A DNA stretch of 64,000 nucleotides from Candidatus Latescibacterota bacterium (GTDB taxonomy: Bacteria > Latescibacterota > UBA2968 > UBA8231): contig OZ244561.1 in NCBI GenBank assembly GCA_965217585.1, positions 2,080,001-2,144,000 on the forward strand, given 5' to 3'. The notes under the pieces are model-generated. The model saw only the letters and a program-made list of their open reading frames with translations, ran no database searches and was not told where the DNA came from. The position numbers were made by a program, and so were the translations under genes. Shown one piece after another: positions 1 to 9,577 of the stretch (position 1 is the stretch's first letter; each line of letters opens with the position of its first letter).

Positions 1-2
1 CG

Positions 3-236
3 ACCGACCCGCGCAAGGACGCGCAGAAGGCCGAGTTGATCGAGGTGTACCAGAGCCAGTTGGAAAAGCTCGCCGGGGAGACCAATTCGCCCGAGCGAGC
101 GGCCCAAATCGAGGAATTGCGCTGGATGCTGGAAGAATATCGCGTCTCGGTCTTCGCCCAGGAGTTGGGCACCGCCCACCCGATCTCCCCCAAGCGGCTC
201 GACAAGAAGATCGAGCAGATTCGTCAAATTCGGTGA
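3..236 (+). CDS. hrpA: ATP-dependent RNA helicase HrpA, C-terminal end (DUF3418), 5'-truncated by window edge
   Basis: Frame is open from position 3 and contains LRWMLEEYRVSVFAQELGTAHPISPKRL, the typical HrpA C-terminal signature. Confidence 0.85.
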   Translation, partial: TDPRKDAQKAELIEVYQSQLEKLAGETNSPERAAQIEELRWMLEEYRVSVFAQELGTAHPISPKRLDKKIEQIRQIR

Positions 237-850
237 TCCGCGCCCTGATCTTCGATCTTTGCGACACCGTAGTGCGCACTGCCGGTCTGCCTGGATTGCC
301 TCTTTTGCCCGGAGTCACTGACCCCAGCCATGTTCGTCGCTTGGAGCAGTGGTTCGGCAACAGCGCTGAGTTCCCCGCCTTTGAACGCGGCGAAATCGGC
401 GTAGCGGCCTTCCTCTCCGCCTTGCGCAAGGGCACTGGCCTGCACGCCCCTGACGACGCATTGGGCCGCGCCTTCGAAGGGCTGATCCTGCACGAGATTG
501 AGGGCGTCGCTCCCCTGCTCCGGCAGCTAGCCGCCGAGTACCCCCTGTACGCGCTGTCCAACAACAACGAATTGCTCTGGCGTGGCATCCAGCGCGTTTG
601 CAGCACCCTCGATGTCTTTGAAAAAGTGTTCCTCTCGCAGGAAATCGGCCTGCTCAAACCCGGTCCTGCGGCCTTTCGCTATGCGCTGGAGCAGATTGGC
701 TGTCAGCCGCGAGAAGCCGTGCTAATCGACGACAACCCGCACTGCGTGGCCGCAGCCGCGGAGTTGGGCTTGGAGACGGTCCTCTTCCGCGATGCCGCAA
801 ATACCGCACGCGAGTTAGCCGAAATCTTGGACAGTAAAAACCGCGCGTAG
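233..850 (+). CDS. HAD-family phosphatase (YihX-like)
   Basis: N-terminal IFDLCDT, LSNNN, IGLLKPGP and LIDD motifs; GTGA overlap with hrpA stop. Confidence 0.85.
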   Translation: MIRALIFDLCDTVVRTAGLPGLPLLPGVTDPSHVRRLEQWFGNSAEFPAFERGEIGVAAFLSALRKGTGLHAPDDALGRAFEGLILHEIEGVAPLLRQLAAEYPLYALSNNNELLWRGIQRVCSTLDVFEKVFLSQEIGLLKPGPAAFRYALEQIGCQPREAVLIDDNPHCVAAAAELGLETVLFRDAANTARELAEILDSKNRA

Positions 851-858
851 AACGAGGA

Positions 859-1665
859 TCAGACGTTCTCCACCAGCCACTGGTAGCACTTTTCGTATCC
901 CACCTGCCCCTCAGTCTCCGGCCCCTCGTATTCAGCCGTCCAAGCCCCGTCGTAGCCGGCCGCTTTGAGGCACTCGACCGCGTGATCGAGATGGATCTCG
1001 CCCTCGCCCAATGCCGCCCCCTTGTAATCTTGCCGCGAGCCGGTTCCGTCTTTTATGTGGGTGTGGAAAACGTGCGGTGCCAGTATTTCATAGAAGCGGT
1101 CGATTTGGTCCAACTCGTGCCCGAACCAGCGGTAGTTCATGGTATCCAAGTTGACGCCGAGCCGGTCCGAGCCAACCCGCTCGATCAGGCTTAACTGCCA
1201 ATCGCCGTCGTTAGTGGAGATCCCGTGATTGTCGAGGGCGATCCTCACGTCGTACTCCTCCAGAAAGTCGGCGCAGCGCTTGAAGGCCTCTAACATCATG
1301 CCGTCCCACTGGTCTTCCGGCACGTCGCCGTTGCGGTTCCAGCCGCCGTCCGAGCGCACGATGTCGGTGCCGGTTATGGGGATGATCTGGCAGACGTAGC
1401 GGTAGCGCTCGATTTGCGCGTCCAAGTCGCGGCCGTCGGCTTGCAAGAAGTCGTTGCCAGCCGCTACCGCCGAAGCTTGCATCCCGTATTTGGCCAATAA
1501 CTCGCGGGTGGCTGCGGCCGTCTGCTCGCCGTTCTTGGACTCGCCATCCCAGATATCGCGGATCTGCAACTCGCAGTATCGGTAGCCGATTTCGCTGGCT
1601 CGGCGGGCAAAGCCTTCGAGATCGCAGCCGGGCCAGTTGTAGTGAATTGCGCCGATTTTGCTCAT
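859..1665 (-). CDS. Sugar phosphate isomerase/epimerase (xylose isomerase-like TIM barrel)
   Basis: IALDNHG, GVNLDTMN, HTHIKDG, LGEGEI and AEYEG motifs; start set at MSKIG after an AAGGA RBS. Confidence 0.85.
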   Translation of the reverse strand: MSKIGAIHYNWPGCDLEGFARRASEIGYRYCELQIRDIWDGESKNGEQTAAATRELLAKYGMQASAVAAGNDFLQADGRDLDAQIERYRYVCQIIPITGTDIVRSDGGWNRNGDVPEDQWDGMMLEAFKRCADFLEEYDVRIALDNHGISTNDGDWQLSLIERVGSDRLGVNLDTMNYRWFGHELDQIDRFYEILAPHVFHTHIKDGTGSRQDYKGAALGEGEIHLDHAVECLKAAGYDGAWTAEYEGPETEGQVGYEKCYQWLVENV

Positions 1666-1682
1666 GCTCGTGTTCCTTTCGT

Positions 1683-3809
1683 TTAGGTCCAGTAAAGCCG
1701 CCACACCTGCGTCTGTAGCGGCATGAGGCTGATCTCCGAGACCTCGTCGCTGGTGGATATAGCCTCAATCGCAAGAGCCTCGTACGCGTCGAAGCACTTT
1801 TGGCGCGATGTAGGCGGCTGCGGTAGGTAATCGAAGCGGTAGAAGGCCCGCCGCACGGTGCGCGGATCGAAGTTGTGCGCCACCAAAAGTGCGCCTCGCT
1901 CGGTATAGCGCACGTAGGACAGAATGCGGTCGTCCGGATCGCCGCCATCAAACTCGTTGCGGTGGAAGTAAACCTCCCCGGCGCAAAATTCCGGCCATTC
2001 CTTTTGCAGTGCAAAGAGACGCCCGTAGGCCCTCGCTAGGCTGGCGTGCGGCTCGCGCTCGGCTTGGTCGAAGTGCAGGAGGGTCTCGTTTTCAAAGTCG
2101 GTGCGCGTTTCCTCGCCCCATTCGCTGCCCAGTTCCAAACCCCGCGTCAGGTTGCACCCAGAGACCGAGCCAGCCGAGCAGTCAATTAGGGCAGCCTGTA
2201 AATTTTTGAGCAATGCCATTAGCAGTGCCCGGTCCCCCGAATCCGGCTGGATGGGACAGGTGATACCCTGCCAGTAGGCCCGCGCCTGCTCGTCGCAACG
2301 CAAAAGTTCCCGGAACTGCTCGTGCCACACTTGGGTGGCGCGCGGGCTGTCGTGGTTTTCAAAGTAGGCCATGGCCACGGTGCCGGGCGCGAAGGTGCGA
2401 TTCGTCTCCTCTAGGAAATCGATGAGAGGCTGCGCGTGCTCGACGTCGCGGTGAAAGTCAACCAAGAGCGCGTAGATCGCATCTGCTGGGACGTCCACTG
2501 CTTCGGTTAGCGGGCACAGGGTTTCGCCCAACAGGAAGGCCTCGGGCGCGGCCGCTTGAATGCGGTTCTTGAGCTTTTTGAGGAAGGGCCGGTCGATGGT
2601 CTGGCTGGCGTCGATCCGCACCCCGTCGAGCCCGCATTGCTCGATCCAATACGGGGCGATCTCCAGCAAGTACTCTTGCAACGGCTGATTGTAAACCAAG
2701 TCAAAGAGCGCCACGTCCGAATAGGCCAGCCAAGCGATCTGGTGGATTTGCGGTACCCCGCGTTCGTCGCGCAGGTACCACTCGGGATGCTCGGCGATCA
2801 GCGGACAGTCGCGACTGCTCTGCATCAGCACCAAGTCGAAGATGACCTTCTTGCCGAGGGCGTGCGCCCGCTTGGTCAGTGCTCGCAGCTCGGCGCGACC
2901 GACGAGTTGGACGAAGGCTTCGCGGCCGAGTGATCTTTCCGCCTGGACCGCTGATAGCCCGGCGAGATCTTCCATTTCCTCTGAGCGCACGAGACCCTCC
3001 GCCACCAGTTCCCCCCAATCTACTTCCTCGGCTGGCGAAACCAGCTCAGGGTCAATCTGGAAAAAGTCCTGTACCGCATAGACGCTGCCGAGGGTTCCCT
3101 TGCGCACATCCTCGCCGGTGTGCAGGTCCGCAAAACCAGGGCGGAAGAAGGGCAATAAGTAGATGACATCGGCAGATATGGCGTCTAGACGCCGCGTCAG
3201 GTCGGCGAGCCGGCCCGAGCGGAAGCGGCCTTCTGCGACACACGCACCGACCTTGCGCGCACACACTTCGGCGATCGTCGGCCCTTGGCGCACCCACTCC
3301 GGGCTGACGACGATGATCCCGTCGCGGTTTTCGGCCAAATCGTTGAGGCTGACCCACTCCTTGCGCCCGGCCTCGGCGTAGCTGTCAGCGGAAAACTCCA
3401 CCGCGTAGTTGAAGGCCCCGGTGTGCCCAAGCGCGAAAGCTGCTGACTCAAAGACAAGATTGTTGTCGGCGAGGACGGGAGTGCCTTCCTCATCGACAAG
3501 CAGCCGCATCTCCACATACGCGTTGCTCCCGCTGGCATCGGTCCACAGCCGCGCATCCACATCCCTTGGCTGGACTTGGTGCGGGTCCACAGCCGCGACA
3601 AAAAGCTCGCAGCGCACCCGGGCGCGGGCCGTTGTTTTGCCGGGTTCGATATAGGCCCTAGCGAGGGGCGGCTCGCAAACCCGACCGTCGATTTCAATGG
3701 TCAGGTTGCCGCCCCAGACCTGCCAGTTGTCGAACTCGCGGCGCTGGTAGCGGCAGTGCAATTGTTCGTAGAACGCGGCGCGTGAACCGAAGACGGCGGT
3801 AACGGTCAA
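1683..3809 (-). CDS. Alpha-amylase family (GH13) glycoside hydrolase/transferase
   Basis: SVYAVQDFFQIDPEL, HALGKKVIFDLV, DGVRIDA (nucleophile), LGETL (acid/base) and FENHDSPR; TTG start 8 nt after GGAG. Confidence 0.8.
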   Translation of the reverse strand: MTVTAVFGSRAAFYEQLHCRYQRREFDNWQVWGGNLTIEIDGRVCEPPLARAYIEPGKTTARARVRCELFVAAVDPHQVQPRDVDARLWTDASGSNAYVEMRLLVDEEGTPVLADNNLVFESAAFALGHTGAFNYAVEFSADSYAEAGRKEWVSLNDLAENRDGIIVVSPEWVRQGPTIAEVCARKVGACVAEGRFRSGRLADLTRRLDAISADVIYLLPFFRPGFADLHTGEDVRKGTLGSVYAVQDFFQIDPELVSPAEEVDWGELVAEGLVRSEEMEDLAGLSAVQAERSLGREAFVQLVGRAELRALTKRAHALGKKVIFDLVLMQSSRDCPLIAEHPEWYLRDERGVPQIHQIAWLAYSDVALFDLVYNQPLQEYLLEIAPYWIEQCGLDGVRIDASQTIDRPFLKKLKNRIQAAAPEAFLLGETLCPLTEAVDVPADAIYALLVDFHRDVEHAQPLIDFLEETNRTFAPGTVAMAYFENHDSPRATQVWHEQFRELLRCDEQARAYWQGITCPIQPDSGDRALLMALLKNLQAALIDCSAGSVSGCNLTRGLELGSEWGEETRTDFENETLLHFDQAEREPHASLARAYGRLFALQKEWPEFCAGEVYFHRNEFDGGDPDDRILSYVRYTERGALLVAHNFDPRTVRRAFYRFDYLPQPPTSRQKCFDAYEALAIEAISTSDEVSEISLMPLQTQVWRLYWT

Positions 3810-3826
3810 AGAATTTTCTCCAAAAG

Positions 3827-3870
3827 AATTAGGAATTGGTCCATTGCTCAATTCGCAATTCGTAATTCCT
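3827..3870. repeat. Short AATTnnn heptamer repeats forming an inverted arrangement
   Basis: aattagg aattggt ... aattcgc aattcgt aattcct; aggaatt (3831-3837) is complementary to aattcct (3864-3870). Confidence 0.55.
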
Positions 3871-3874
3871 ACAA

Positions 3875-4846
3875 CTATCTATGGTTCTGCCGATAGTGTC
3901 GCCTGAGGATATCCTCGCCGAAATCGTTGTGCAGGTCGCGCCAAACCGCGTGGATGTGGTTGGCGTCGTTTTGGGTGTTGTCGTACTCGGCTAGGAAACC
4001 CGGCCCCTGCACCCGGTAGTAGTGCGGTCCCCCTCGTTCCTCCGCGCCGGCCCAAGCAAAGTGCGCCGCCCGTAAATATGCTGCTCCGAGTCGCGCCCAC
4101 TCAGCTTCGGCCACCGCTTCGGGCTGGCGTCGTACGTACACTTCAATCAAGGCGTCCAAGATCTGGCGCTGTGCTGCGCTCATATCCGCGCTGCCCAACC
4201 CCTCCGGCTCGACTTCACCGCGCACGTGGGGCACGTTGGTCGTGAGGATATCCCTTGGTGCTTCTGCACTGACGGTAGCCACCGCTTTCTGCTCGCCGTC
4301 TAGTTCGTGCAAAAGCTGACGTCCTAGATCTTCCTCCTCCCGCAAAGCCCGCAACCCAGCTTGCTCGCCGTGGCGCACCTCGGCGGGGTTTGAGCCAAAA
4401 AACAGCGGCGTCGATCCCAGCATTCGGCCTTCTACTACCGTGTGGTTGAGCGAGACGTGGTGGCCCTCAAAGCGCCAGCCCCAGGGTGCGTCTCCGCCCG
4501 GCTCGCCGAAAATGCTTACGTGATACAACTCGGGATCGCGCGGGAAGCGCCGCCCTGCTCCTTCTAGCTCGGCTAGTATCGGCTCCAGCGAAATGATCGT
4601 CGAGACTTTTGCGTACCCCGACGCGCTGACTCCGGTTGCTACTAGCGCGTGCGCCAGCTCCCGCTGTCGCTCGTCCATTTCCTTTAGCGGCAATCCGGCG
4701 CGCGCTCTCGGCACGTAGTGCCAGTTTTTGCGCTCCGTGCTGTCGGCAAAGTCGATCACCGCTTTCTGCCGCCCGCCCGCATCTAAGGACGCGAGGAAAT
4801 TGCCGGCGGCCTCGGCCATGCGCTGCACTGTATTGGCTTGGTCCAT
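3875..4846 (-). CDS. DUF3500 domain protein
   Basis: WHYVPRARAGL, WGWRFEGHHVSLN, TPLFFGSNP, HYYRVQGP and EYDNTQNDANHIHAVWRDLHNDFG match DUF3500. Confidence 0.9.
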   Translation of the reverse strand: MDQANTVQRMAEAAGNFLASLDAGGRQKAVIDFADSTERKNWHYVPRARAGLPLKEMDERQRELAHALVATGVSASGYAKVSTIISLEPILAELEGAGRRFPRDPELYHVSIFGEPGGDAPWGWRFEGHHVSLNHTVVEGRMLGSTPLFFGSNPAEVRHGEQAGLRALREEEDLGRQLLHELDGEQKAVATVSAEAPRDILTTNVPHVRGEVEPEGLGSADMSAAQRQILDALIEVYVRRQPEAVAEAEWARLGAAYLRAAHFAWAGAEERGGPHYYRVQGPGFLAEYDNTQNDANHIHAVWRDLHNDFGEDILRRHYRQNHR

Positions 4847-4858
4847 GATATTCCTTTC

Positions 4859-5674
4859 TCAAGTCGGCCTGCGCGCCGACAAATCGTCGTGCAAGTCGAT
4901 GGTAGTGTATTTTTTGTCTACTTGTTTCACGGCGATGCGCACAAACTCCAGCTTTTCCGGCCCGGGATTGTAGATGCCGTGCCCCTGTCTAATCCCCTGC
5001 CAAGTAACCGATCCCGGCTTCACCGCAAAGGTCTCGTCGTCAATCGTCATCAGCCCCTTTCCCCTCAGAACCACAAAGCTCTCTTCGAGAAAGTCGTGAT
5101 AGTGATACCCCACCGATCCTCCCGCGCCGAGGATCGCATGGTCGAGAAAGGTCCAGGCACTGTAGAAATCCTCGGGCGAGAGCACGTGCCGGGTGGCGAT
5201 CTGCCCACAGCCGCCGTGGATTGCGTTGCGCCACTTTAGCGCTTGCGCGTCAAAGATCCCCGCGAGGAAGGGCACACTTTGCGTCGCGTCCGTTTCGACG
5301 CCCCCAGACTGTTCCCAAAACCGGTTGACTAGGCGTTGCTGCGCCTCTGAACCCATGTCCATCGCGACGCGCACGCGCAGCACGTGCACAAACATGTTGG
5401 TCAAGTTTTTCAGCGCGTGATCGCCCCCGATAGGTTCGACGATAAACCCAAGCCCTTCACCGCTTTCTACTCGCTGCTGCCGCACGGTCAACTCCACCGG
5501 CCCGCCCGTAAACACATAGCCCTGTTCACAAGCTATTCCCATACCTTCCACCAAGCGCTCTTCCCTTGGTGCCAATGCCCAATAGTCGAATGCCAACCAC
5601 GGCGTCTGTCGCTGCAACCCCGAAAAGACCGGCCCTCCCTCTTGGTCTAACTCATTGAGACGGATGTGCTTCAT
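4859..5674 (-). CDS. Cupin domain protein
   Basis: VGYHYHDFLEESFVVLRGKG and QGHGIYNPG cupin motifs; start at MKHIRL after GAGGAG. Confidence 0.75.
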   Translation of the reverse strand: MKHIRLNELDQEGGPVFSGLQRQTPWLAFDYWALAPREERLVEGMGIACEQGYVFTGGPVELTVRQQRVESGEGLGFIVEPIGGDHALKNLTNMFVHVLRVRVAMDMGSEAQQRLVNRFWEQSGGVETDATQSVPFLAGIFDAQALKWRNAIHGGCGQIATRHVLSPEDFYSAWTFLDHAILGAGGSVGYHYHDFLEESFVVLRGKGLMTIDDETFAVKPGSVTWQGIRQGHGIYNPGPEKLEFVRIAVKQVDKKYTTIDLHDDLSARRPT

Positions 5675-5803
5675 GCTTTTCTCCTCGCTATCATCCTGTG
5701 CCGCCACGGTAAACTACGCATCCCACCCCCCCTTCACAAACCCTTGACACCCTTCCTCTCAACCCCCAACATAAACGCCCATCTCTACACGGAGCCACCC
5801 AGA

Positions 5804-6916
5804 TTGCCTACAGAAAAAGACCCCATTTGCGTCGCCGTTCTCGGCCAAGGCCGCTCCGGTCTCGACATCCACTGCCGCTACTTCAAGACCGTCCCGCACA
5901 AATACCAAATAGTCGCCGTTGCCGACCTGCTTGCGGACCGCCGCCAGCGCGCCCACAGCGAAATGGGCTGCGACACCTACGCCGACTACCGCGACCTCCT
6001 CGCGCTCGCGCGCGGCAATGGCAATATCGACTTGGTCGTCAACGCCCTGCCCAGCCACCTCCACCCTCAAGCCACTATCGATTCCCTCAGCAGTGGCCAC
6101 CACACTATCTGCGAAAAACCCCTTGCCTGGAGCGTGGCCGAACTCGACAACATGATCGCCGCCGCCCACAAGGCCGATCGCCTGCTCCTCCCCTTCCAGC
6201 AATCGCGCAACGCGCCCCAATTCCAAAAGATGCTCCAAGTCATTGATTCGGGCGTCCTCGGCCGCATCGTCCAGGTCTCGATCTCCTTCAGCGGTTTTGC
6301 CCGCCGCTGGGACTGGCAGACCCTGCAGGAATACCGGGGCGGCAACCTACTCAACACCGGTCCGCACCCCATGGACCAAGCCATGCGCCTGCTCGACTTC
6401 AAAAAGCCGGATCAAGTCTTCTGCGCCATGGATCGCGCTAACACCTACGGTGACGCCGAGGACTACGTCAAAATTCTGCTGCGCACCAAAGACAAACCCG
6501 TCATCGACGTCGAAATCTCCTCCTGCACCACCTTCCCACAGCCCATGTACACCGTCCACGGCGAGCGCGGCGGCCTCTCCGGTGGCCCTGCGGGACTGAC
6601 TTGGCGCTACTACGATCCGCAAAAGGCACCCGAGCAAATGCTCATCCGCAGCCCACTGCCCGGCCCGAGCTATTGCCGTGAAGAGCTAAAAATGATCGAG
6701 CAGTCCTGGGCCCCGAACGAGGACGAGCAAAACGCATTTGCCTATATGTCTAATGCCTATTACGACGGCGTATTGGCCGTGTTGCGGGAAGCAACCCAAC
6801 CCGAGATCACGCCGCAACAGGTGCGCGTCCAGATCGCCGTCATCGAAGAGTGCCACCGCCAAAACCGCCTCTCCCAACTGCCGCCCCAAGGTTGGCCAAA
6901 GGAATCCGCGACATGA
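5804..6916 (+). CDS. Gfo/Idh/MocA family oxidoreductase
   Basis: LGQGRSG Rossmann loop, ICEKP, GGNLLNTGPHPMDQ; TTG start after GGAG. Confidence 0.9.
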   Translation: MPTEKDPICVAVLGQGRSGLDIHCRYFKTVPHKYQIVAVADLLADRRQRAHSEMGCDTYADYRDLLALARGNGNIDLVVNALPSHLHPQATIDSLSSGHHTICEKPLAWSVAELDNMIAAAHKADRLLLPFQQSRNAPQFQKMLQVIDSGVLGRIVQVSISFSGFARRWDWQTLQEYRGGNLLNTGPHPMDQAMRLLDFKKPDQVFCAMDRANTYGDAEDYVKILLRTKDKPVIDVEISSCTTFPQPMYTVHGERGGLSGGPAGLTWRYYDPQKAPEQMLIRSPLPGPSYCREELKMIEQSWAPNEDEQNAFAYMSNAYYDGVLAVLREATQPEITPQQVRVQIAVIEECHRQNRLSQLPPQGWPKESAT

Positions 6917-7938
6917 ACTCCGCCAAAGCAAACGCCCTCACCGCAGCCATCGCCAAGCTACCTCGCGTCCAGCTAGCTTCAATCCGCCCCACCCCGCTGG
7001 AGCCGCTGCCGCGCCTAACCGCTCACCTCGACAGCCCGGCACTCTACATTAAGCGCGACGACCTGACCGGCTTGGCCTTTGGCGGCAACAAGACGCGGAT
7101 GTTCGAGTTTGCCTTGGCCGACGCCTTGGCCAAAGGGGCCGACACCATCGTCTCGGGCGCGGCGGTGCAGTCCAACTACTGCCGCCAACTCGCCGCGGCC
7201 TGCGCCAAGCTCGACTTGGAACTGCACCTGCTCCTCCGCCCAGTGCGCCCAATCGACCGCACCCAATCCCAAGGCAACAACCTGCTACAGCACCTGCTCG
7301 GCGCACAGATCACCGTCCTAGCGGAAGGCGACCATCGCAGCCAACAAGACGCTCTCCAAGCCAAAGTTGAAGAGCTTTCTGCACAGGGGAAAAGAGTGTA
7401 CTGGCCGCGCCGCGAAGATACTATCGACCTCGACGCCATCGCCTATGCCGAAGTGGGTGTGGAGATTGCCCACCAATGCCAAGAGCAAGGCATCGACCCG
7501 TCCTACCTCTACCTCTCTGCCCTCGACACCACCCAAGCCGGCGTGGCACTAGGCCTAGCCTATATCGAGTCGCCGATCCAAGTGCGCGGATTCTGCCCTA
7601 TCCCCAAAGTCGAAAACCGCCACGAGGACATGGCCAACCTCGCCAATCAAGCCGCCCGCCGCCTCGGCCTCGACTGTGCCATGAGTGCGGCTGACTTCGA
7701 CAACGACGATTCCTTCGTCGGCCAGGGGTACGGCATCCCCACCCCCGCTGGTTTGGATGCCCTACACACCTTGGCGCGCAAAGAGGGCATTCTCCTCGAT
7801 CCCGTGTACACCAGCAAGGCCCTCGCTGGCCTTGTTGCCCACGCACGCGACGGCAGGCTCGACGGCGAGGCGATCTTCCTGCACACCGGTGGCAACCCCG
7901 CCCTGTTCGCCTATGCTCAAGAAGTGCTCGCCGACTAG
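6913..7938 (+). CDS. PLP-dependent D-cysteine desulfhydrase / ACC deaminase / cysteate sulfo-lyase family enzyme
   Basis: KRDDLTGLAFGGNKTR (PLP Lys), AVQSNY, GILLDPVYTSKA and FLHTGG; ATGA overlap with the previous gene. Confidence 0.9.
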   Translation: MNSAKANALTAAIAKLPRVQLASIRPTPLEPLPRLTAHLDSPALYIKRDDLTGLAFGGNKTRMFEFALADALAKGADTIVSGAAVQSNYCRQLAAACAKLDLELHLLLRPVRPIDRTQSQGNNLLQHLLGAQITVLAEGDHRSQQDALQAKVEELSAQGKRVYWPRREDTIDLDAIAYAEVGVEIAHQCQEQGIDPSYLYLSALDTTQAGVALGLAYIESPIQVRGFCPIPKVENRHEDMANLANQAARRLGLDCAMSAADFDNDDSFVGQGYGIPTPAGLDALHTLARKEGILLDPVYTSKALAGLVAHARDGRLDGEAIFLHTGGNPALFAYAQEVLAD

Positions 7939-7943
7939 ACTAG

Positions 7944-8693
7944 ATGGATCCTTTTTTCCTGATCGGCGTCTCCTTCCTGACTTCGACCTTTACCGCCATC
8001 ATCGGCGTGGGTGGCGGCATCGCGCTGATCTCGGTCATGCCGGGCTTGCTGCCCGCCGCGGCCATCATTCCCGTCCACGGTGCCGTGCAGCTAGCCTCCA
8101 ACGCCAGCCGCGTATTCTTTGGCCTGCGCCACATCGAATGGCGCATCTTTTGGCCCTTCTCGGGCGGCGCAGTCCTCGGCGCTGTCGTGGGAGCGCAGGT
8201 GGTCGGCGACTTTAGCTTCGACGATCTGCCCCTATACCTGGGCCTCTTCATTCTCCTCTTCATCTGGGTTCCTGTGCCCAAACGCGCTTTTCGCCTCCCC
8301 GGCCACTTCGCCATTTTCGGTGCCCTTCAGACCTTCCTCGCCCTCTTTGTCGGCGTCGCTGGTCCCCTGACCGGTGCCTTCTTGGCCAGCGCGGGTTTGC
8401 CCAAGGACCGCTTGGTCATTACTCACGGCACGGTCATGACCGTCACCCACCTGTGCAAAATCCTGGTCTTCGGCTTTGTCGGCTTCGCCTTTGCGCCCTA
8501 CTTGCCTCTCATCGCTGGGATGATTGGCGCGGCAGCGCTTGGTTCGTGGTGCGGGACGCGCTTGCGCGACCGGGTTTCCGAAAGCCTCTTCCGCAAGGTC
8601 TTCAGGATCGTGATCACGCTCCTCTCGCTGCGCATGATCGTCGATTCACTCTATTCAGCAGAAGAACTGACCCAACGCCTGAACGGTGCGTAA
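7944..8693 (+). CDS. TauE/SafE family sulfite/organosulfonate exporter
   Basis: About 8 hydrophobic helices, GVGGG near the N-terminus and AIIPVHGAVQLASNASR. Confidence 0.85.
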   Translation: MDPFFLIGVSFLTSTFTAIIGVGGGIALISVMPGLLPAAAIIPVHGAVQLASNASRVFFGLRHIEWRIFWPFSGGAVLGAVVGAQVVGDFSFDDLPLYLGLFILLFIWVPVPKRAFRLPGHFAIFGALQTFLALFVGVAGPLTGAFLASAGLPKDRLVITHGTVMTVTHLCKILVFGFVGFAFAPYLPLIAGMIGAAALGSWCGTRLRDRVSESLFRKVFRIVITLLSLRMIVDSLYSAEELTQRLNGA

Positions 8694-8770
8694 AATCACT
8701 TAAGAAGCGGTCGTTTGCAGAAGCGAACTTTGCGGGCTTATTTTAGTAGCCCGTTGCAAAGGAGATTTCC

Positions 8771-9511
8771 ATGAACGAATGCGAACAAGCCATCCAAGAA
8801 ATCGAACTCTACGGCTTCACCCTGCTCGAAAACGTCCTCGACTCCGACACTGCCGCTGCCATGCGCCAAGCCCTGATCCGCTGCGAACAAGAGCACGGCA
8901 CCGAACATATCCACCGCGGCACGGCCCGCCACGTGTCCAACCTCCCGGTCATGGACCGCATCTTCCACCAGTGCATCGACCACCCCCGCATCTTGCCCAT
9001 CCTCGAACACTTCCTCGAGCCCTCGCTGATTTTGGGCAGCCTCAACTCGCGCATCGTCCGCCCCGGCGACGGTTTCCAAAACCTGCACAGCGACATCCCC
9101 GCCTATATGCTCAACATGGACACGCCGGTGATGATGAATACGGTGTGGATGCTCGACGACTTCAGCCCCGCGATCGGCGGCACTCGCGTGGTACCCGGTT
9201 CGCACAAGAGCGGCCTCGCCGCGCCCCCAGAGGGATTCGCGGTCCAGCACGAGGTGCAGCCCACAGCCTCGGCCGGCTCGGTGATCGTCTTCAACGGCCA
9301 GTGCTGGCACGGCGGCGGTGCCAACACCGGAGACCGCAACCGCCACGCCCTCTTCGGTCACTACAGAAAGCACATGCTGGTCTTTCAGCTCGACCCGCAC
9401 GACGGCTTCCCGCCGGAATGGTACGATGGCTTGAGCCCGCGTCAGCGCCAGCTAATGCGGATGCAAAAAGGCCCCGGTGTCCCCCACGCAGCCGACGCCC
9501 ATTTCCGCTAG
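8771..9511 (+). CDS. Phytanoyl-CoA dioxygenase (PhyH) family Fe(II)/2OG enzyme
   Basis: LHSD, WMLDDF..GGTRVVPGSH and WHGGGAN..R. Confidence 0.9.
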   Translation: MNECEQAIQEIELYGFTLLENVLDSDTAAAMRQALIRCEQEHGTEHIHRGTARHVSNLPVMDRIFHQCIDHPRILPILEHFLEPSLILGSLNSRIVRPGDGFQNLHSDIPAYMLNMDTPVMMNTVWMLDDFSPAIGGTRVVPGSHKSGLAAPPEGFAVQHEVQPTASAGSVIVFNGQCWHGGGANTGDRNRHALFGHYRKHMLVFQLDPHDGFPPEWYDGLSPRQRQLMRMQKGPGVPHAADAHFR

Positions 9512-9520
9512 GAGGTACGA

Positions 9521-9577
9521 ATGCTGAACATCCGCAGCTTCAACTCCAATCTGCTGTGCCCGATTAGCTTGTGTTAG
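9521..9577 (+). pseudogene. 18-codon mini-ORF with strong RBS, probably a truncated gene start
   Basis: AGGAGGT RBS then ATG, reading MLNIRSFNSNLLCPISLC-stop, directly after phyH. Confidence 0.35.
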
